DNA of 64,000 nt from Alphaproteobacteria bacterium (GTDB taxonomy: Bacteria > Pseudomonadota > Alphaproteobacteria > UBA9219). The notes under the pieces were generated by a model. It worked only from the letters and a program-made list of their open reading frames with translations, did no database searches and was not told the origin of the DNA. The number at the start of each line of letters is the position of its first letter. The stretch's first letter is position 1. The position numbers and the translations under genes were made by a program. The stretch is taken from the NCBI GenBank assembly GCA_028690155.1, contig JAQVBU010000003.1, positions 24,438-88,437 of the forward strand, in the 5' to 3' direction. Positions 38,454 through 46,388 of the stretch are shown in pieces.

Positions 38454-39544
38454 AATCCGCCGCCCGATTTGGACATCTGGCCGACAACGCTGAAAATCGA
38501 CATCATCGTCCAGCCAATCACGCCACCGACAAGCGCCATGCCGACGTTGCGAATCACGGCCGCTTGCGCCCGCATGGCCTCGACTTGATCTTGCATCCAT
38601 TCGTCAGCCACTTGTTCGATCACCACGCTGACATCCGAACGTTCCGCCAGAATTTCCAAGTCGATGGCCACCTCCGGCGAAGGAAAGTTCATCCGCGTTA
38701 ACCGCAACGATTCCCCAAGATTGTGGCCCGCCAAGACATTCTGACGCGTCGCCGCAATGCGTTCCCGCATCCACGGGTTGCCTTGCTCGCCCAAAATCTC
38801 GAGCGATTTCTTAAGCGGAACCTGCGCGCCCAAAAGGGCCGATAGCCCCATAAGAAAGCCGCTTCCCTGTAAAACACGATACCATGACCATGGGGGATAT
38901 TTGTCAAAACGCGATCGCAAAGAGCCGCGCCAAAACGAAAGGGTCGAGGTAATGACCACGGCAACGACGACGATGCCGAAAACGATCACAAGGCCCCATT
39001 GCGTCACAAAATCCGAAAAAGACACAACGGACCCCATAGAAGCCACAACGCTTGCCGGGGCGTTCGCCCGCATATTGGCGATTAGATTGACGCTAAAGGT
39101 CCAAATGACAAAGCCCACCAAAACGGCCATAAACGCCGGATAGCCGACGGCATAACTCACGGCTTGGCGCATTTCCTGCCCACGCGCATTCATGGTGCGC
39201 ACGGCGCCGAGAGCCCGAGCCAAAGAGCCGGATTCTTCGCCCGCCCGGATCATATAAAGTTCGGACTGAGGCACCCACCCATCCATAGCTTTCGACAAAG
39301 AAATACCCGCGCGGTCCTTTAAAAACCATTCACGCAAAGCCACCGCCGCCGGGCGATGGGGATACTTTCCCATTTCCGTCACGTTCTGATAGAGCCGGTC
39401 CAAAGCGCGCGACAACGCTTCGTTTGCCAAAAGCAAGCTTTCCAACTTTCGATAGATGCGAAACCGGGTACGCTTGCTGAGGCGAAACTGAACCTTTATA
39501 AGTTCAAGATTAACGGCGTTTAATTTGTCTTCGAGTTCGGTCAT
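38450..39544 (-). CDS. Type IVb pilus inner-membrane platform protein, GspF/TadB family (R64 PilR / BfpE / TcpE-like)
   Basis: A 364-aa polytopic protein with the GspF-like architecture (cytoplasmic N-domain, three TM segments). It is the last gene of the co-directional pil cluster and overlaps the ATPase gene by 4 nt. Confidence 0.65.
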   Translation of the reverse strand: MTELEDKLNAVNLELIKVQFRLSKRTRFRIYRKLESLLLANEALSRALDRLYQNVTEMGKYPHRPAAVALREWFLKDRAGISLSKAMDGWVPQSELYMIRAGEESGSLARALGAVRTMNARGQEMRQAVSYAVGYPAFMAVLVGFVIWTFSVNLIANMRANAPASVVASMGSVVSFSDFVTQWGLVIVFGIVVVAVVITSTLSFWRGSLRSRFDKYPPWSWYRVLQGSGFLMGLSALLGAQVPLKKSLEILGEQGNPWMRERIAATRQNVLAGHNLGESLRLTRMNFPSPEVAIDLEILAERSDVSVVIEQVADEWMQDQVEAMRAQAAVIRNVGMALVGGVIGWTMMSIFSVVGQMSKSGGGF

Positions 39545-41394
39545 GGTAGGGGCCCCAACCTTTCTTCAACATCCTGAAGTTCCCGGTCGCGCGCAAAAAT
39601 GCCCAATTCGAATTCCGCATCGTCCGGAGAGACCTCGCCCGCCCGCACTTTCTCAAGCCCCCGTTGGAGCATTGTGATCCCGTTCAATCCAGCCGGCGAT
39701 AACCAATAAGCGGCCGCCTCATCTTCGCGGTTGTCTTGAAGAAGGGACATCAATTTGGCATCCGTCTCAATAATCTCGGCGGCGACCGTACGCCCCGCGC
39801 GCCCTCGATAGCATTCGGAACATCCCTCCGGATTGGCAAAATAAACATGGCTCATATCCGGCTCGACCACACACTCTTTAATCGGTCGCCCAACGTTCGC
39901 TTTTTTTCGGCTCGCCTCCATAATCGCAAGCCCTGCCCGGACGCGACGAACAAGTTCACGCGTGCCGGGGCCAAAATCCCGAATCGCATCGTTCCAAGAA
40001 ATACGGCAATGGGGGCACAAACTTCGCAACAACCTTTGACACGCCATGCCGCGAACAAGGTTGTGATCGTAAACGATATAAGGCTCAACCCCAATATCCC
40101 GAAGCCTTTTAGGCGTCGCAAGAGCCGAATAAACGTGTCCCGTCGTGTAAACTTGACGGCCGGTCAACGCCAAACGAAACGCGAACTGCGCGGTTTGCAA
40201 ATCGCGCACCTCGCCCAACATCACAATATCCGGATCCAAACGAAGCGCGCAGCGCATAATCTCGACAAAGGTCTTCTCGCGCTGGTCGTCCTTCACCGAA
40301 GCCGAACAACCGATCTGACGCGCGCCGACAACACCGCCTTCCGGAGGATCTTCAATCACGAGGCAATTCAGCCGCATTTCCGTCTCGGCCATGCGTCGGT
40401 TCAACACAACGCGAAGCGTTGTCGTCTTGCCTTGGTTCACAGGCCCCGAAAAAATACGCAAGCCGCCCGGCGCGGCTCGAAGACTTTGCACAACCCGCAA
40501 CTGTTCTTGCGAAAACCCCAGCGAATCGACATCCGCCATAATAAAGTTTTCGCCCCAAAGATGCGCCGAGTCATAGGACAGGCGCATATCCAAATAAGCG
40601 CCGCCATTCGACAACGGCACCCACTGACAGCGAACGCTGATCACGCCCTTGGGTAAAGTGATTTCGTCCTTGCCGCGCGCATCCGAGGTGAGCATTGCGG
40701 CCTGAGGTTCCTGAAAATTCGCCGTCGAGCCCGACTGGCCCCGGGAATGCGAATAGACGGCGGCCAAAAATTGGTCGCCCTCCGTTTGCGTCCACACATC
40801 CTGCTGACGCAGGGACCCATCGATACGGAACTGCACCACCGCACGACCGTTCACGGATTCAATATGAACATCGTTGGCACCCATTTGAACGGCTTTATCA
40901 AGGGTCGCCACAATGCGCCGACGCGCCGCGTTCATATCGTAATGAGCGCTGTCGTTATTGCGATCGGCATACACATACGCCTGAATAATGATGTTCGGCG
41001 TGACATAACGGGGCTCGTCGACCTTGAAGCCCTGTCGTTTCGCCGCCTGAGCCACCGACGTTACCAAAGGCGAACGCCGATGCGACGCGCTGACAAGCCA
41101 AAGCCCCGATTCAAAAAGAGCGCATAAATTACGCGCCTCGTCCGGAATTTTAAGCACGCCGTTAGGCGCCGTCAGAACTTTTCCCCTGAAAAGAAGCACC
41201 AGAGTCCGTTCGTCTTCAAGCTGAACTTTTTCGGCTTTGGGAATTTCGGCGGAGGCCTGTTGGGCGTTTGCGCCATTCTTTAGGGGGTCTTTTGGGGGTG
41301 CCGGCGCTACTTTTTTCGATGGAGGGGGCGTGGCAACCGTTGGCTTTCCTTTAGCCTTTCGGGTCTTGTCCAAAAGTTCGGAAAAACTCAACAC
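39541..41394 (-). CDS. Type II/IV secretion-family assembly ATPase (GspE/PilB family; R64 PilQ / BfpD / TcpT-like)
   Basis: Walker A GPVNQGKTTTL. Asp box VIEDPPE. Walker B DIVMLGEVRD. His box LALTGRQVYTTGHVYSA. Tetracysteine CPHC...CSEC. A low-complexity N-terminal extension. Confidence 0.85.
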   Translation of the reverse strand: MLSFSELLDKTRKAKGKPTVATPPPSKKVAPAPPKDPLKNGANAQQASAEIPKAEKVQLEDERTLVLLFRGKVLTAPNGVLKIPDEARNLCALFESGLWLVSASHRRSPLVTSVAQAAKRQGFKVDEPRYVTPNIIIQAYVYADRNNDSAHYDMNAARRRIVATLDKAVQMGANDVHIESVNGRAVVQFRIDGSLRQQDVWTQTEGDQFLAAVYSHSRGQSGSTANFQEPQAAMLTSDARGKDEITLPKGVISVRCQWVPLSNGGAYLDMRLSYDSAHLWGENFIMADVDSLGFSQEQLRVVQSLRAAPGGLRIFSGPVNQGKTTTLRVVLNRRMAETEMRLNCLVIEDPPEGGVVGARQIGCSASVKDDQREKTFVEIMRCALRLDPDIVMLGEVRDLQTAQFAFRLALTGRQVYTTGHVYSALATPKRLRDIGVEPYIVYDHNLVRGMACQRLLRSLCPHCRISWNDAIRDFGPGTRELVRRVRAGLAIMEASRKKANVGRPIKECVVEPDMSHVYFANPEGCSECYRGRAGRTVAAEIIETDAKLMSLLQDNREDEAAAYWLSPAGLNGITMLQRGLEKVRAGEVSPDDAEFELGIFARDRELQDVEERLGPLP

Positions 41395-41491
41395 TCGGCA
41401 TACCTCTAACGCGCGCGGGAAAACAGAAACGGCGAAGAAAGGCCGCTTCAGAAAAGGGGGTTCTTCTTGATAACTCTTTTTTGCCTTTTAA

Positions 41492-42196
41492 TCAACGCGC
41501 GGCACTGAAAACAACATCCACATTCTTGATCTGAAGCGTGTAGCCACCCCCCTTGCCGCCAACCCTGACGGACGAGGCCGTAATCGAACGGATTGTTTCC
41601 TCATCAGAGAGCCGATCCCCAACCTTGACCGCACGCATGTCGCCGTTTGAAAATTTAAGAAGGGCCGTATAGCGACCACCGGCTCCCGATATGCGAAGAA
41701 TGTCGGGACGGCCCAAATCAGACGAAGCCTTCTTGACTGGCGCAGGCGTATCGACCGGCAAAGAAGCCGACCGTATGGGTAAAGGAACCGCAAGAGCGTT
41801 GGCCGGTAAAACAGCATCCAAGGCCATAGCCGGTTTCGAATCGAAAGAGGCGGACGCAGAAGAGCCCCCTCCGCGTCTGTTTCCACGAAGCTTTTGAAGT
41901 TCGATCAAACGCCGTTCGAGGTCAATCATGGCATCAATACGCGAGGCCGCTTGTCTTGCCTGATTTAAATCCGCAAGCGTCGTTTCATCGCCTTCTTGGC
42001 TGAGCTGATCAATTTTTTCCTTCGCATCGACAATGGCTTCGTCCTCCATAGTCGAGATTTTTTTTTCTAACGAATCAAGGCGATCAAGTCGCGCCCATGC
42101 GTCCCTCGGAGAAAGGCAAAGGCCGGTCAAAAAAACCGCACCGACGCCGATCACGACCATCGTCTTCGCTTGGAAGATCTTATTGGCGATTCTCAT
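41492..42196 (-). CDS. PilP-like pilus assembly protein: N-terminal signal anchor, coiled coil, C-terminal beta domain
   Basis: An N-terminal TM helix, a coiled coil, and a C-terminus (RYTALLKFSNGDMRAVKVGDRLSDEETIRSI) that resembles the secretin-binding PilP domain. Confidence 0.45.
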   Translation of the reverse strand: MRIANKIFQAKTMVVIGVGAVFLTGLCLSPRDAWARLDRLDSLEKKISTMEDEAIVDAKEKIDQLSQEGDETTLADLNQARQAASRIDAMIDLERRLIELQKLRGNRRGGGSSASASFDSKPAMALDAVLPANALAVPLPIRSASLPVDTPAPVKKASSDLGRPDILRISGAGGRYTALLKFSNGDMRAVKVGDRLSDEETIRSITASSVRVGGKGGGYTLQIKNVDVVFSAAR

Positions 42197-43430
42197 AGAT
42201 GACCCCTTCGATAACCCACCCTGACGTCGATGAGCCAGGTGTATACTTCATGGCATTCACGACAGCTCCCGGCAGATCTCCGATGAGAGAGGGGAGCTCT
42301 CCCGGTAGTTCTGCCACACTAAGCGTAAACGAACGCTTAACCCATGGAGCTGGCGTAGGATTCCATGTGCCGTTGTATCCTGCGGGTCGTGGGGGTAAGG
42401 GATCATCCGAAGCCCGGCCGATTAATCCGGGCCAATCTTGAGACAGGTAACGCCTTGTTATATAATCTATATTTTTCAGCGACTCAGCGTCGCGCGCCTT
42501 CAACCGAGCCAAGGGGATTGTTTGGACCGCCGAAGCCCCTGTCGGATCAATAGTCGCGCCTTTGATAAAAAATGATTCGCCCCCTGTCCGCGTCCACCGA
42601 ATCGTTAACGCCGAACCGCCGCACACAACATTTTGAAGCCGCCATCCCGAAAAGGCCGCCGGAACATGAGCAAGCCCTTGCCGACAGGCCTCAATAACCG
42701 CCAAAACAGGCGGTGCATCTTCCCATACCCGCGCGTACGTCGGTTCGACCGAAAGAGGCTTAACGAACGACGGGATGAGCGTCGGGGCGACGGCCTCGGG
42801 TTGCGAGACTGGCTGTGGCGCGCCTCCTTCAAAAAGAGGTTGAATGATCCAAACGAGGCCCACAAGGGCAAAAAAACCGCCCACACCCCCCAAGGCCATC
42901 AGCTTGACTTTTGGGGGAATAAGAACGCGCTGAAGCTTTATTTCCCGATGATCATTTAAAAGCAACGTCAGCGGAATCGTGTCCGCCCCAGGAATGGCCC
43001 AAGATTCCGGCGCATAAATTGTCCTCAGCCCGCCGAATCCTATTTCTTGGATTAAACGATCTTTGGCATCCGATTCGTCCGAGAAAAAAAGATCGCCGTC
43101 CGGAACGATAAGGTCGTCGCGGACAATAATCACCACGAAGCCTTCGTTTAGGCGAAAGGCCCCCGCCCAAGCACCCGGGATCTGATTGGCCAAACACGCT
43201 GCCAAAACAGGCATGCCCGCCTTTTGGCCGGCTTCACTTGAACATAGTCCGAACTGGGGGACACGACCTTCTTTGTTGCCTGGCCGCACCACATAAAAAT
43301 CCGCCTGCTGCCCAGGCTGGGTCGCCGCTTCCTTCGCAATCTGCGCCACATGCCCCCGCCCAGGGCTGTTTTCCCAGTAAAGGCCAACGGCATATTGATG
43401 CCGGCCTACTGTGACGACGCCTGCCGACAT
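42180..43430 (-). CDS. PilO-like (R64-type) pilus biogenesis protein with one internal TM helix
   Basis: A 416-aa product, positioned between the secretin and pilP-like genes exactly as pilO is in IncI pil operons. There is a single TM segment (LMALGGVGGFFALVGLVWII). No diagnostic motif I can name. Confidence 0.4.
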   Translation of the reverse strand: MSAGVVTVGRHQYAVGLYWENSPGRGHVAQIAKEAATQPGQQADFYVVRPGNKEGRVPQFGLCSSEAGQKAGMPVLAACLANQIPGAWAGAFRLNEGFVVIIVRDDLIVPDGDLFFSDESDAKDRLIQEIGFGGLRTIYAPESWAIPGADTIPLTLLLNDHREIKLQRVLIPPKVKLMALGGVGGFFALVGLVWIIQPLFEGGAPQPVSQPEAVAPTLIPSFVKPLSVEPTYARVWEDAPPVLAVIEACRQGLAHVPAAFSGWRLQNVVCGGSALTIRWTRTGGESFFIKGATIDPTGASAVQTIPLARLKARDAESLKNIDYITRRYLSQDWPGLIGRASDDPLPPRPAGYNGTWNPTPAPWVKRSFTLSVAELPGELPSLIGDLPGAVVNAMKYTPGSSTSGWVIEGVIYENRQ

Positions 43431-45148
43431 TAATTATACTCCTCGGGAGACCCAACATCCATGACCTGAGGCGTAATGGCCATGAACATCATAAAATGGC
43501 TCTTGTTGCTGGACGACCCGCCTCCGAAAAGGAAATTGTCCGGCGAGCCCACACCTTGCCGACTCTGCTCGGTTTTTTCCTGATCAACACCCGCGATCAT
43601 CAACGTCTGGCCGCTACGCAACATGGATTGCTGAACGAAAATCCGGCTGTCCGTCACGGGCAATGAAATGGGAATATCCAGATCGCCCGAGCTGAAAGTC
43701 GTCGAGCCAATGGTTTCGATGCCGATCAGGCTTAAAGAGTACTGAAGAAGGATGCGCCCGTCGTCCAAAAGTCGCGGCGTCAACTGAAGTGAAAAACCGT
43801 CCCTGATCGTCGAGATAATTGGGGTCATGATCGTCGTTGAGGATGTCGACGTCGTCGTATTCTGGGTCACGGACTGAATATAAGACGTATCCGTCCCCAC
43901 ACGGCGCGACACCGGGTGATTGTTCAGCGTCGTCATCGAGAACTGCGCGACCTGCGATGTGTCGCCCACCGTCGACAAGGCATTAAAGACGTTTCTCGAC
44001 TGCGTAGCCCCTGTTCCATTCAAAATGGCGACGCTCAACGAGCCAAGACTTGACGCCGATAAACTTGAGTTCGTCAAAGAAGGCGCCACCGCCGAGGCGT
44101 AAGAAATGTTGGTAAACCGGGACATATTATCCAAGAATAAAGAGAAGGCCGACGTGAAATCTTCGCTTTTTCCCAGACTGACGCTATAAATCTGAACACT
44201 GATGGCAATCTGACGGGAAAGGCGGCGGTTTTCCTTGCCAATGTAGTCCGCGACAACCGACACCACCTCCGGCGTCGCGGTCACCGTGACCGTTCCCATG
44301 GTCGGGGACACAATCGCCGTCCCGTTGCTGCCGACAATCGAGTCTAAAACCCGTTCAAGCTCGTCCCAATACTTAAACGTCATGGACATTTTCGAATTTT
44401 GCGTCAGCGTGCTCGACGCGGAAGACGAGCCAGAACTTCCGCTGCTGCTGCTGCTTCCGCTACTGCTACTGCCGCCACTCGAATCCCCCCCATCGTCATC
44501 TTCCATTCCTTCGTTGACTTCCTGCGTACCCGGCAAGGATTCAACAACAAACACGCGCGTTTCATAGCGAGAGATCGTGATAGCGGACCCATTGTAACGC
44601 CAATTAACGCCGAAATTCGAACAAACGCGATCCAAAAGGCCGGACAAAGGCCCTTCGTAGGAAATCGGCATCTCAAGCGAATCCAAACCCGTATCTTCGC
44701 TCTGGACCGACGACGTCCTCGTGGCGCCGCGTTGTTGCTGGCGCGGCGCGGGCAAAGACAACGATGTCAATCGAACGGAAATGCCCGTTTGCGCATTAAT
44801 CGCATTGGCAATATCGCCCAAAGTCATCGGCACGGACGAGACAAGGGTAACCCCGCGACTGCCTTCATAGTGCAACGGCAACGGTACGCCGCGATGCATC
44901 CGAACCGCAACGCTTCCGCCCCATATCTTATTGGTCACCGTTAACGGATTATAATCGACCGCATCGGGAACTTTCTTGATCGACTCCTGAAGCCGATCCC
45001 GCGCTTCGGCCGCTTGTTTGTCGATCGTTTCGCGCATAACCTTTGTTTGCTCGCAACCCGCCAACCCAAAAAAAACGCCAACAAGAGAAAGGGTCAGCAC
45101 ACACCGACCAAAAGTACTCATGGCATGCCGTCCCTTTCCCAAAAACAT
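43430..45148 (-). CDS. Type IVb pilus lipoprotein secretin (R64 PilN / BfpB / TcpC family)
   Basis: A lipobox signal (FFGLAGC), a Ser/Gly-rich linker, and a C-terminal secretin-like domain (TLMIAGVDQEK...SHFMMFMAITPQV). Confidence 0.7.
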   Translation of the reverse strand: MFLGKGRHAMSTFGRCVLTLSLVGVFFGLAGCEQTKVMRETIDKQAAEARDRLQESIKKVPDAVDYNPLTVTNKIWGGSVAVRMHRGVPLPLHYEGSRGVTLVSSVPMTLGDIANAINAQTGISVRLTSLSLPAPRQQQRGATRTSSVQSEDTGLDSLEMPISYEGPLSGLLDRVCSNFGVNWRYNGSAITISRYETRVFVVESLPGTQEVNEGMEDDDGGDSSGGSSSSGSSSSSGSSGSSSASSTLTQNSKMSMTFKYWDELERVLDSIVGSNGTAIVSPTMGTVTVTATPEVVSVVADYIGKENRRLSRQIAISVQIYSVSLGKSEDFTSAFSLFLDNMSRFTNISYASAVAPSLTNSSLSASSLGSLSVAILNGTGATQSRNVFNALSTVGDTSQVAQFSMTTLNNHPVSRRVGTDTSYIQSVTQNTTTSTSSTTIMTPIISTIRDGFSLQLTPRLLDDGRILLQYSLSLIGIETIGSTTFSSGDLDIPISLPVTDSRIFVQQSMLRSGQTLMIAGVDQEKTEQSRQGVGSPDNFLFGGGSSSNKSHFMMFMAITPQVMDVGSPEEYN

Positions 45149-45160
45149 CCTCTATCTCCA

Positions 45161-46132
45161 TCAGTTTGAGTAACTATTCCCGCGCGCCTGAATAACCAAA
45201 ACCCGTTGATTCGCCCGGGCGTTGGCATGAAGCGACCCTACCGGCTGCGGACGAGCCGTATCAAACCCCGCAAGAAGTCCGCGAACCGCATCTTCAAACC
45301 GTCCTTTGAAGCGCGCCGAAGCCTCGACAGGATAATCGTACTCGGCCACCCATTTCAGCTCAACGCCCATACGCGAACACCAACGCATCAAAACCGAACG
45401 CAAGGTCTCTCCCCGTTCGGCGGTCCAATCGACCGTCGACGGACTTTCCGAAGAGCCGAGCCCGGCATTCTTCAGCCCCGGTTCGTTGACGGGAAGGGCC
45501 ATCGCCACTTCCTTTCTCTCGGGAACCTCCCTCATCGCAACCGGCACCGCCGGACGCGGCAACAGGCCTTTCTTCCCGACAAGAACAACTTCCCCTTGTT
45601 CCTTATACTCAAGCCCCACAGGCTCCAACATAACCGCAACCGTCTCGCGCCACGGGCTCCCCCCTTCGTAAGATACGAGCGTATTCATATCGACGTTTTG
45701 CTCGATCGAAAAGCTGTGGGTTGAGGGCAAAAGTTGACGCAAAGCAAGAGCCAAAGGCACGCTCGTCGCAAAACCGTGAACGACCTCCTCGGTCGTGGCG
45801 GCAGAAGAGAGAAAAGGTTGAGCCTTGCTGATCGTCTCCCCAGACGCGACCGCCCCCGCCGTAAAGGCCGGAGCCTCCAAAGGCGCCGAAGGATGGACTT
45901 CCGGCGCCGACGACGTCGTGGTCGGAAGGCTTGGCGACACAAGCGGCGAGACGGCCTGCGGTTTTTTAACCGCTGTTTTTCCTTTATAAACAGGCGAAGA
46001 TTTCGGCGCCGCATAGTCAACAGAATCGGAATCGACCCATTGGAAGCCGGCGTGCGCCAAGGAAGCCTGCCCTGCAAGGCCCCATATTAAAATCGCAGCG
46101 CAACAGGGAAGGGTAAAATTTTTATTCGGCAT
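45161..46132 (-). CDS. PilL-like protein with a C-terminal TcpQ-type domain (secretin pilotin/partner)
   Basis: A signal peptide and a Ser/Pro/Thr-rich region. The C-terminus (DWTAERGETLRSVLMRWCSRMGVELKWVAEYDYPVEASARFKGRFEDAVRGLLAGF...RVLVIQARG) matches the PilL/TcpQ domain pattern. The gene ends 13 bp upstream of the secretin gene. Confidence 0.6.
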   Translation of the reverse strand: MPNKNFTLPCCAAILIWGLAGQASLAHAGFQWVDSDSVDYAAPKSSPVYKGKTAVKKPQAVSPLVSPSLPTTTSSAPEVHPSAPLEAPAFTAGAVASGETISKAQPFLSSAATTEEVVHGFATSVPLALALRQLLPSTHSFSIEQNVDMNTLVSYEGGSPWRETVAVMLEPVGLEYKEQGEVVLVGKKGLLPRPAVPVAMREVPERKEVAMALPVNEPGLKNAGLGSSESPSTVDWTAERGETLRSVLMRWCSRMGVELKWVAEYDYPVEASARFKGRFEDAVRGLLAGFDTARPQPVGSLHANARANQRVLVIQARGNSYSN

Positions 46133-46388
46133 GTCGAGCGCCCTTTACCTTCATGAAAAGCGAACAGAGGTGATTCGCCGATATTATCTTGAGACAGCCC
46201 CCAGAGCAACACAGGAAATACATATAAAAAAGTGATTCCAAAAACAAAAATGACGAATCAATTTCTTTGTTTTGCGCCCTGAGAAGCAGCGAGCCCATGT
46301 CACTTTTTGCTTCCCTCACCCACAAGAACAGCATAAAAACTTTTATAGGAAAAATCGAAGAGACATAATCGCAACGGTTAGCAGAACA

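Noticed and set aside
39736..40656. 306-aa plus-strand ORF inside the pilus ATPase gene
   Set aside because: Antisense to the GspE-family ATPase, whose Walker/Asp/His boxes are all in frame on the minus strand.
44399..44944. 181-aa plus-strand ORF within the secretin gene
   Set aside because: Antisense to the secretin. Arg-rich artefact.
38450..46132. Interpretation of the pilus cluster as a freshly acquired ICE or plasmid segment (mobile_element)
   Set aside because: No integrase, relaxase, att-like direct repeats, tRNA boundary or IS elements in or next to the cluster. By eye its GC is similar to the flanking core genes. It is treated as chromosomal and not annotated as a mobile element; a GC/codon computation is still needed.
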